This document shows, piece by piece, positions 12,382 through 22,930 of a stretch of 64,000 nucleotides of DNA. The notes under the pieces were generated by a model, which saw only the letters and a list, made by a program, of their open reading frames with translations, had not been told where the DNA came from and did not search any database. This DNA comes from Eledone cirrhosa (lineage: Eukaryota), in contig OZ024743.1 of the NCBI GenBank assembly GCA_964016885.1, positions 67,766,001 to 67,830,000 on the forward strand. Direction: 5' to 3'. Within the stretch, counting starts at the first letter, position 1; every line of letters starts with the position of its first letter. Made by a program: the position numbers and the translations under genes.

Positions 12382-12628
12382 TAATTGTTTCTACTTTTGG
12401 CACAAGGCCAGCAATTACCCAGTGTATTAAGAATATTAGTAATAATTGTTTCTAATTTTGGCACAAGGCCAGCAATTACTCAGTACATTACTGGTACTTT
12501 TTTATCAACCCCGTAAGGATGAAAGGCAAAGTTGACCTCGGCGGGATTTGAACTCAGAATTGAAAGGGCCGTAACTCTATGCGTCAAAGCACGACGTCCG
12601 ACCCCCTACCGATACTGCCAATCCACCG
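12382..12628 (-). mobile_element. SINE family 1 with duplicated 3' tail
   Basis: Full copy 12440-12628 plus extra tail 12382-12425. Confidence 0.85.
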
Positions 12629-12961
12629 ACAAATAAATTATATAATGTCATTAAAACATTCGCTGTACATAAAATACTCTTATAGTAACAGGACGTATAT
12701 GTCCTCAGAACGGGAAAATATGGGCATCAGCAATCCCGAACTCGTAGGGAGAATTCAATTTCGGTTTCCCTGTAGTTTAATACCGACGCTTATCGTTTTC
12801 TTTTCTATGGGTTTATACGACCTGTTATTTTTAAACCATTTTGTGTTGACAAAAATACGGCGGAATTTATTTGTTTCCTACGATAGAATCACTATGTCAT
12901 TGCATTTCTCATGGTTCGTCAGGCAGAAGAATGCCTACATTTTGTTTATCATTTTATTATT

Positions 12962-13042
<81 letters not shown>

Positions 13043-13047
<5 letters not shown>

Positions 13048-13211
13048 GAAGATCCCTTTAAGGGTGAAAGCAGCGATTCTGTGCTTAAACTTTAATCTGT
13101 TATTTTAATAAATATTTGCTCTACGGTTCTTATATATCTGATATATATTTATCATTATCGAGCCCTCTTTGGATTTTAGTCTTCAAATTTATTATTATTA
13201 CTATATATATA
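13043..13211 (+). mobile_element. TA-embedded repeat family D (HHR-like 5' end)
   Basis: TTCAGAAGATCCCTTTAAGGGTGAAAGCAGCGATTC...; homologs at 27016-27085 (-) and 63292-63557 (fold-back). Confidence 0.75.
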
Positions 13212-13749
13212 TCGGTTTGTATAAGAGGATTTATTCCTTTACCTCAATTTAGAATACACCGCCTAAGCGGGGGTTACCTCCCTTGGAGAAAACCACGTGT
13301 CTGTGGCGACTTTTAAAGTTACAACTTACCCGCTTTGGCTAAGAACGAAAGACTTGCTGAAGAACTAAATCCTATGTTCTGTCGTCAAAAACCATTATAT
13401 TGCAGACTCCTGCAATAGAAATTTGTCGATCTTGGATTTGCAGAAACTTAGCGCTGATGTTGCGTGTGATATTGTGATCTATATTGTGGATACACGATTT
13501 AAGTTATATATTTTACACTCAGCCTCAGCGTTATGTCCAGGTCAGTATAAAATCTTTTCCTGGGTCCTGTATTTTCGTTGCTCTGGTAATGCGATCGGAC
13601 TGCCGACTGCTATATCTGATTTGCTAAGCTGTCTGAACATAATGTTATTACTCTGGGGTCTTACCTCATCCGAGTGCTAAAGCTACAGACCGATTATGCA
13701 TATACGCTAGCTTGGCCGTATACTAAAGCTTCGTCAATGCTGTACGAAA

Positions 13750-13872
<123 letters not shown>

Positions 13873-13894
13873 TATATACATACATACATGATAA

Positions 13895-14146
13895 GATGGC
13901 TGCCCCCTCGTTATCGAGTATCGCCATTGCACGACATACCTTTATTAATAATTATTAATTAATTCTATCACGCAATGGTTTAGCATGAAGATTTTTTTTT
14001 AAGTGAGGAAAGTCTGTGCACTGAGCCAATCCCACATAGAAATAGTCGGGCTGGATACCCGATCGCGTGGTTAAACCACTGGTAGTGAAGTACCCTTAGC
14101 TTTTGTCAGGACCCCTAGCCTAGCATTCTTCTAGGCGAAAGCAACA
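13895..14146. mobile_element. RTE-related fragment
   Basis: Same terminal stem-loop as 1979-2012; CCCTTAGCTTTTGTCAGG..TTCTAGGCGAAAGCAAC is homologous to 2335-2380 but in opposite relative orientation. Confidence 0.4.
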
Positions 14147-14401
14147 TACATACATATATGATCGTCACGACTTAAACGTCTTCAATCAGATGTTTGCTTG
14201 ATAAGTGCTGGTCTGGGTTAATCAACCACAACATATGCAAGTCTATTGTTTTTCTACAATATATATGATTGTTCCAAATATATGCTCTGCTGTACATAAG
14301 TATGCATTTTTTAATCAAGGACGTCGCCGACAATATCCCACTGTGTAAATTAGACAGGTGATTTCAGTAACATTCTTGGTTGTGTTTGATATAGCGTTTA
14401 A

Positions 14402-14808
14402 CTCTAAATGTTAATGGTTCCCAAATAATGAGGGGATGGAATAAGAGGGGTTGTTGGAATAAGCCCGGGAGTTGAAATAAGCCGTGCTGGAATATCGGGA
14501 AATTTTCCACGTTGTCTCTATTGATTTGTTTTGAGAACCAGAATTAGTCGTATAGTTTACATCGTGAGATCTCAACCCATCCTATTTATGTTATAACGTA
14601 TGGTATTTCTACTCAATTTCTTTTATTTTGTCATGTAGCGTGTTTTTTTTTAATGCATAAAGAAAATTAATTGTCGCAGGAATGCTAAGAATTAAAATAT
14701 AATTTTGCAGAAGATAGATTAACAAAATATAATAAGCAGTGGTGTTGGAAACAAATCTGAAAAAAATAATAAGCGGGTTGGGGGGAGGGTGTTATTCGAG
14801 ACTCTAGA
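14402..14808. mobile_element. degenerate MITE-like element
   Basis: Repeated AATAAG(C/A) subterminal motifs; right end TTATTCGAGACTCTAGAG with a partial inverted match at the left. Confidence 0.3.
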
Positions 14809-15824
14809 GAACCTTTTGTGGAAGAGTGTTTGTTTCTGATGATCGGCGAAGTTGATAAGGGACTGGTAATGGATTCTTTTTATGTTTTTCTGTGTACGAA
14901 GAGAAGAAAATAATGCTTTGCTTATATGGTGACGTTTTCACAGTGAGGCCTACAACTGTAGTAATAACGGCATTAAATTTATATTTGATTTTCTAATATT
15001 CACTAAAATATTTATAAATTTTATAGTTTTACAACTAAGATAACGGTGAAGTTTATTCCTTCCAATTACTTGTATGAAATTCAATACTTTTCTACCATCT
15101 CTGTATGATAGATAAGCACTTGGGCGATGAAGGATTTTCTCTTATTCTATAACATATTGCACAAAGTAAAGGAGAGAATGTATTTAGAAGAGAAATATCA
15201 TTGATATGTTTGACCCAGCTTTTATATCAGAATCTTCAATATGACTGCGTCAACATTTAATATCACTGTCTTCAACTTATCGACAAGAAACCTAGAAATT
15301 TTAATACATTTGGCTTTCAGCAACTATAGTCAGTTAAAGATGGTTTTTCCATTCACTCCATCTGCTCTGGTTTGAAACATCGAATGCCATATAAATGATT
15401 TTGTTTTTATTCTTGATATTTTTCCTGAAGTAGGTATACTGAAGATAAAATGAATATATATGTAGGCTGATAAATATATACGATTAGACAAGCCATTTGG
15501 ATCCCCAAAAATGTTTGAGGCCATCAGCTGAAAGATCCCGATTTCTATATAGATGGACGGTGTCATTCAGCAACATTGCACTGAAAAGCAAAAGTGATAC
15601 ACCAGTTTATCTGTTTACAAATCAATTCATATATATAATGAACCAACTGCCGACACACAAACGCTTCCACACACGTACATACACACTTACCCATACATAC
15701 GCACATGCTTGCATACATAAAGGAACAAAATATACACACACATAAATACTTATGAATATATTAATATATACACTTATATATCTATATAGACACACACGTA
15801 CACAATCGCACACACACATTCACA

Positions 15825-15865
<41 letters not shown>

Positions 15866-15868
<3 letters not shown>

Positions 15869-16962
15869 TTTAGGAATAACCAAAGAGTGCTTAGAAATAC
15901 ATTGTTTTATTTGCTAACAGTGTTTCATCCATACCCTATGGCAGGTATCATCAGAGCTTATAAAGAAAAATATATCAAAGGTTGCAGGCTCCATCGAGCT
16001 CAGTCACCAGAACAAGGATAAAGGACAAGTAGGGGGTCCCAAGGCCAGCGTTATATAGAAAAACACACAATACATGACGCATATAATGTCATAAAAAATT
16101 GCATCTAAAGTTTATCACATAAATAGTGCAATAGATCATAAGGACGTTGAGAGAGGATAGCAAGAATGAGTGAATGTGTTATTCAGCATGATAAACAAAC
16201 AACAAAAAACAAAACAAAGCATAGACACATCAATTCGCAAGCAGTGCAAATACAGGATGTACAGGCAGAGTATGGAAGCTTGCAAGCATGAGTCAGTGAA
16301 AAGAAAAGTTGGTTAGCTGTGGTGCAGCTTTACATGTAGGATTGTCTATAGGAAGGATGGTGCTCTCCAGTTATATTGCCTTGTAACAGGTCGATTTCTC
16401 CATACCATACCAACAATAGGCAGTCTGCAATAAACACCTTAAATCTAAAATAAAGTAAAGTACAATGAGGTGAAGTAATGTAGAGTACATGTACTGCCGG
16501 CACTCCACTGAAGAAAGTGAAAATAAAACAGGTCCGCAATATCTACTATCTCCCAAAGTCCTCACGTTCGGGACGCAACCCAACGTCCCAAGTGAAATAC
16601 AATGTATGGCCGAGTCGGCATCGAACTATGTGGAGAAATCCTCTGGGGATATGTTTAGGGAAACATAGTATTTTATTACATAACGCTTGGAACTGGAACC
16701 AATGGATGGAAGGTGTTGGTATGATATGGAGAAATCGACCTGTTACAAGGCGATATAATTGGACTGCACCATCCTTCCTATAGACAATTCTACATGTAAA
16801 GCTGCACCACAGCTAACCAACTTTTCTTTTCACTGCAAGCTTTCATACTCTGCCTGTACATCCTGTATTTACACTGCCTATGAATTGATGTGTCTATGCT
16901 TTGTTTTGTTTTTTGTTGTTTTTTTATCATGCTAAGTAACACCCTCACTCATTTCTTGCTAT
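15866..16962. mobile_element. fold-back insertion with HHR in its tail
   Basis: Inverted arms about 16157-16415 / 16714-16962, about 300 bp spacer; tail to (TA)n; related single-arm copy at about 34820-35140. Confidence 0.8.
15913..15957 (-). ncRNA. minimal type I hammerhead ribozyme
   Basis: Minus strand GCT-CTGATGA-[imperfect stem II]-GAAAC-ACT-GTT-AGC followed by AATAAA. Confidence 0.6.
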
Positions 16963-18255
16963 GTTGTATACTAGTTATCCTACATTGAGCCTCAACTACA
17001 GTGTTATACCAAGGGCAATATATTTGCGTGTATGTGCACATTAATATACTTGTCAATGAAACTATATATATCGTGCCGTATATTTACTGAGAGAACAATT
17101 ACTTTACTCGATGGATTTAGGAATAAATCCGGTCATTGAGTTTGAGGACTTTCAATTTCCAAACATTAAGTTCTTTCATAAAAATAGTTGCCATTTATAT
17201 TCCAGAAGAGAAGAATGTGGAAGGAGCTCTAGATCAATGGAGACACACATGGAATATGGTGTGATATTTCTCATAAAGCCTCTACTACAAAATGGCAGCA
17301 AAAATATATACAACAACGAAGAGGTTAAGTAGTTGAACAGAAAAATGTATTACGTGTTGTAAGCAAACAATTCACAACATACCAGCAAAATAAAGCACCC
17401 CTCTTTCTCAGGACCACACAAATACTGAACAAGTATAATTTAAGATACACATTCTACATACAGGAAAGTTTATGATTGGATAAGATTTTGTTTGTGTAAA
17501 CTTTATTATGATATAAATATTGACATGAAATTTAGCCTGTCTTCGAGTGGTGTTCGTCATAACAGGTTGGATATTATGTTTTTGTAATCGAAGAGCAGGT
17601 GCAAACTACGAAATACCGAAGGAACGAAAGAGACAATTAACCCTTATAGCCATAGGATGCAACCGGAAAAATCGATTATATCACATCTCTGTGGAAGATA
17701 TTATACATGTTATCAGTACCTGCACATAAATGTCAAGTTAATACATTCGAACTTATCCATAGAAATGTATGCCTTGTGGTGAGTATAGAGAATTTCCTTG
17801 TTTTTGATTATAGAGTTATTGACGGACCTTCACGTTTCCGATGATGAGTGTTCTAGCTAATCCGAACAATAGAGCTAAGTGCTCACAAACCTAAAGAGTG
17901 TATCAGGCTGAGTATTCCACAGAACCGTGCACGATTAATGAAGTTCTCAGAGAAGTTAAACGTGACATATTGAATTACAGATATAAATCATTTTTTTTTA
18001 TTTTCGGCTGCGTAGACTGGGGCAACGTGAAATCAATTGTCAAGCTAAAATGACACAACGCACCTCCCATGTGTGTAAGTGTGTGTGTGTGTGGTGTGTG
18101 TGTGTATGTGTGTGTGTGTGTTTGTGTTTTTGTGTGTATGTGTGTACGTAGATCCGAATCACTGAAGCTTTTATACGTTGCAGATAGATGTTCGAATATA
18201 AGGATAACATCAAATATATTTATACACACACAGATGCACACACACACATAGACAA

Positions 18256-18286
<31 letters not shown>

Positions 18287-18295
18287 TATATATAT

Positions 18296-18392
18296 AGTGG
18301 TAGAACACTGGCAGGTAAATTCCGTAGTGGTACAGCACTCGGTAGTGGTAGAGTTCTCGGTATGGTGAACTAACTGTTGTGTAACCACTTCT
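18296..18392. mobile_element. family B fragment (3' tail inverted against 3' end)
   Basis: Matches 22174-22270 and 54405-54505; flanked by (TA)n. Confidence 0.75.
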
Positions 18393-18734
18393 ATATATAT
18401 ATATATGTGTGTGTGTGTGTATATATATATATATGTGTGTATACATATGAATATATAGAACATAGATTAACCAAAACATCTTCTTTGTCTTGATATTGTT
18501 GTATTATCAACTCAATTAAACTTGTATCTATGTTACTCTCTATATGTGTGTGTGTGTGTGTATATATATATACAGAAAGAGAGAATGAGAGAGAGAGAGA
18601 TAGCGATACATACATAAGTGTGTGTGTGTGTATGTGACAGCTCACACCTATGCAGGTTTAGCTGGCCTCCTTCAAGGTATATCTCGTCGGAGGTGTCTTG
18701 GGTGATTTAATAATAGGGACCCCAATCCTATCAT

Positions 18735-18871
18735 CTCATTTCTACAGCTGAGTAAACTGGAGCAACGTAAAATAAAGTGTCCTGCTCAAAACATCACCCG
18801 GTCCGAGAATTGAACTCACAACCATTCGATTGCAAGCCCAATGCTCTAATCACTAAGCCATGCGCCTTCAC
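18735..18871 (-). mobile_element. tRNA-derived SINE family 2 (CORE-like central domain)
   Basis: Minus strand GAAGGCGCATGGCTTAGTG (A box), GAGTTCAATTC (B box), GAGCAGGACACTTTATTTTACGTTGCTCCAGTTTACTCAGCTGTAGAAATG resembling the CORE-SINE domain; homolog at 52934-53056. Confidence 0.75.
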
Positions 18872-19399
18872 ATACATATATGGAAAGATAAATATATACA
18901 CGTACACAGCCGCAAAAACACTGATATATGTATATGTCTATACCTATGTTCTTACCGTATGTGTATCTCACTATGCATATCTATGAAGGAGTATTTATAT
19001 GTTTGCCTACATACAGTATATATGTATGAAGCAGCCTTACAAAATTAGTCAAACTAAAGATCTAATGTAGAACACTTTATGCAATACACGTGTAAAATAA
19101 AATATTCAAATGAATAAATTATAAAAAAAATACAATAATATTAATAAAAAATAAACGCAAATTTACAAGCGCAATAATGACGGCAACAATAACAACAGCA
19201 ATTTCTCAAGAGCAATATATTCGGAGAGTCTACAAAAGTTGGCAGAGAAAAGGTAATGAAATTATTAGATTCCAACTTACAACTCTTTCTATATCTATTT
19301 ATCTATATATCTATCTATCTCTATATATGTTTATATACACGTGAGTATGAATAAATATATATATATACATATATATATATATACATACACACGTAAATC

Positions 19400-19430
<31 letters not shown>

Positions 19431-19517
19431 CATATACATACACACGTAAATTATATATAAATACATATACATACACACGTAAATCATATATATATATATA
19501 TAAACATACATAAATAC

Positions 19518-19557
<40 letters not shown>

Positions 19558-20787
19558 TTAGCTCTGGACATAGCTATCCACCAGTTAATTTTATTGCTCA
19601 TTTTTTGTCGATTCTATTGAGTGATGAATAGCTTTTGTTTTATTTTAACATGTCTATTGAGCACTCTAATTCGATATGTGTATTTCCACATTCACTCGAA
19701 TTGTTTTCGCGGATATAGGGGTCATCTCCCTTGTCTAATGCCATGTGCGTTTTTCACCGCTAGTTGACTCCTTTGCCGCCAGGATAAAACTCGTTGACAA
19801 CGTAAACTCCGTTCCACTTATTCTAGTAGGCTTTTATATTTATATGTGAGCTGATAGAGTACTGTCTAAGGATTTACAGAAACCCATGAAGCTAGATTTA
19901 ACACCTTTCTAGTGGGTCCGGGTATGATTTTATATTCATTTAAATTATTGACGTATTGTTTTATTGATATTTTTTATCTGTTTGGCCCGAATCTTCCTTT
20001 ATCGATTTTAAATCGTATGGTTGATTGTAGACTTGTTCTATATGTGACGGTATTTTAACGATAGTTATAGCTCTGATTCATCTGAATTATTGAGCCCTCT
20101 GCCGCTCATATCGAATTTCGTTTTTCGTGAACTCGTGCGCCGATTTTTCGATACTCGATCTTTCTAATATATATATACAGTATATATATATTTGTATTCG
20201 TGTGTGTGTATGCATATAAATACATATACATACACACGTAAATCATATATATATATATATATAAACATACATAAATACATAATATATATATATATATATA
20301 CAGTATATATATATTTGTATTCGTGTGTGTGTATGCATGTTTATACGTGTGTTTAAATTGGGTGTATGTGCGTGCGCCTCAGCTTAGTGGTATGAAGAAA
20401 AAGTTCCTCGAAGCGATATCATCATTTTACATACATTAAACATGTATAGACATGGAAATATATTAGGCTTTCTGAATGTTCAGTTTGTTTATATATGTTG
20501 GCAATACTCCATGTGAATTTATACATACCGATGCTCATTAATAGCTTATTGCCATGGATTATCAATCTAGAATTTCAACTGTGCTGATGATTCTCCATAT
20601 ATAGACTGTGGATACCAGAAACCGATCTTAGATATATATAATATGTATTGTAGCAGGCAATGATGCGTGGCCAATGAGTTCGCTTCGTAAACATATACTG
20701 TCGAGTTGACCATTAACTTGTGTGTTGAATTGTTAAGTGGAACGAACCTAAAGAAAACCCTCGTGTATATATATATATATATTTATT

Positions 20788-21197
20788 TATACTAGGGGAG
20801 GGTCATATTTGTGCAATATTGCCAGATTTAATAACAGAACACACTCACTGTTTGGTTATGAAAAGATGGCGTAGACATACAATGCAACGGGAGGAAACAA
20901 TAGCACCACTGATGGTGTTGCAAATGTGCAGCGAAAGAACTTTGATAAACTATATATATGTGTTTGTGTCTATATCGTATCTGTATTTTTGACCGTTGGT
21001 CAGTCAATGGCAACATTGAGGATCGAAGAAATGAAATTAACCGATATAAAAGACACAGAAGCGAAAAGCGAAAACCAAACAAACAGTGAGTGTGTTCTGT
21101 TATTAATTCTGGCAATATTACACAAATATGACCCTTCCCAAGTATAACAATATTTGTTTCGACACACGATTTCATATCAAAAACCTTGCAAAACTAA
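20788..21197. mobile_element. fold-back insertion
   Basis: Arms 20788-20857 / about 21073-21146, TA-flanked; spacer holds a degenerate HHR (CTGATGG-TGTTGC..GCAGC-GAAAG, about 20907-20947). Confidence 0.75.
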
Positions 21198-21224
21198 TAT
21201 ATATATATATATATATATATACAC

Positions 21225-21428
21225 ACGCGAGAGTGTTGAAGTTTGCTTGAAGCATTGTGGAATAATAAAATTCGTCGTTTTGGAAGACTCAAGAATGCAG
21301 ATGGGTAAATCTCCGGGTAACAGAATCAGGTGGTACATTCTACATTTCCCCTTCCATCTGTCTCATTACCACCTGATACTCTTACCTGGACATTTACACA
21401 TCTGCATTGTTGAGGCTTCCAAAACGAC
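21225..21428. mobile_element. fold-back insertion
   Basis: Arms 21274-21335 / 21367-21428, TA-flanked. Confidence 0.75.
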
Positions 21429-21431
21429 AAC

Positions 21432-21479
<48 letters not shown>

Positions 21480-21517
21480 AATAATGGAGCTGCGGCGTTG
21501 CAAATGGGTTACATATG

Positions 21518-21876
21518 AAAAAGTGAGTCCTTCATCAGTGACCCTCCAACCGTCCTAGGCATTTCATCGCTTTAAGGGCCATATACCTCAGGTTGGTGCG
21601 AACAACGGCTAAAAAAAGTCGTTGGGACACGTAAATAAAGAGAACGTTAAGGTGAACAAACAAAATGGTTTAAGCAACAGAAAGTGAGAAGAAAGTCTCT
21701 TTCTTCTCACTTTCTGTTGCTTAAACCATTTTGTTTGTTCACCTTAACGTTCTCTTTATTTACGTGTCCCAACGACTTTTTTTAGCCGTTGTTCGCACCA
21801 ACCTGAGGTATATGGCCCTTAAAGCGATGAAATGCCTAGGACGGTTGGAGGGTCACTGATGAAGGACTCACTTTTT
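21518..21876. repeat. perfect 178-bp-arm palindrome with 3-nt loop
   Basis: 21518-21695 read as the exact reverse complement of 21699-21876; TA tracts on both sides. Confidence 0.95.
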
Positions 21877-22100
21877 TTAATATATATATATATCGAATGT
21901 AGAAAAATAACACACGAGTTGATATATATACAAACAAATGGTAGAAAAGAAAAAGATTTTTTCAGTAGAGAATGATGAAGAGATTTTTTTCAGTGAAATA
22001 TCAAAACATTAGTTTATTTAAAGATGTGTGGCCAATGAGTGCGCTTTGTAAATATATAGTTTGTGTGCGCAATTTTATGGTGGAACCTAAAGAAATCCTC

Positions 22101-22173
<73 letters not shown>

Positions 22174-22763
22174 CTAGAACACTGGCAGTTAATATCCGTA
22201 CTGGTAGAGCACTCAGGCAATGGGATGAGTTAGTAGTAGTGGTAACACAACAGTTAGTTCACCATACCGAGAACAATTGTTTCACCTTAGCGGATCTTCA
22301 GCTCGTACTGGTCATGGTTATACGGAACAGGGAGAACAACCGTATAAACGCGCATGCGCTGAAACGTTCACTTTACCCCTGTGATATGGATTGTGTATTG
22401 ATGAAAGGATAAATATTCTAAGGAGATTGCGAATAGCAATTACTTCAATTCGAGACATGAAATCTTCTCGCGTTGTCCAAATGTCTGGAAACAGCTCTTG
22501 CATAGCTACAAAGCTCCGGATTGAATAACAATAACATTCTAAATTTTCTTATTAACTCGAACAGCTTTACCAACTTTTCCAGTTATCTCCCTTACACCTT
22601 TCGCTCGTGGCTTTGTATCGTTTGTGTGAAGTGACCGTTTCTGTGCATGTGCGTTCATACGTTTGTTCATCCTGTTCCGTATAACCATGACCAGTACGAG
22701 CTGAAGATCCGCAAAAGTGAAACAATTGTTCTCGGTATTGTGAACTAACTGTTGTGTAACCAC
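22174..22763. mobile_element. family B fold-back element with HHR in each arm
   Basis: Arms about 135 bp starting at 22238 and ending at 22763; tail 22174-22237. Confidence 0.85.
22268..22305 (-). ncRNA. ultra-minimal type I hammerhead ribozyme (family B)
   Basis: Minus strand CGAG-CTGAAGA-TCCGCTAAGGT-GAAAC-AATT-GTT-CTCG; mirrored copy at 22697-22734 (+) has a mutated stem II. Confidence 0.7.
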
Positions 22764-22875
22764 CTGAAATAACAAAACATTAATTTATTTACAATACCGG
22801 TTTCAGCATTATATGCATAGTCAATTGCGAATATGCAGAATATTGTTAAGTTGCATATTTGTAAAAATAGTGACA

Positions 22876-22925
<50 letters not shown>

Positions 22926-22930
<5 letters not shown>

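Noticed and set aside
15231-15374. Short open frame with four N-glycosylation sequons after an AG
   Set aside because: No convincing donor site; plausible by chance in AT-rich DNA.
17206-17323. Possible host exon (TTCCAG...GAG/GTTAAG)
   Set aside because: Weak donor site and no recognisable protein similarity.
22238-22763. DNA-transposon MITE or mini-Polinton (AGTAGT/AGTGGT termini)
   Set aside because: No consistent TSD, variable arm length, a one-sided tail and an embedded hammerhead fit a PLE-type fold-back better.
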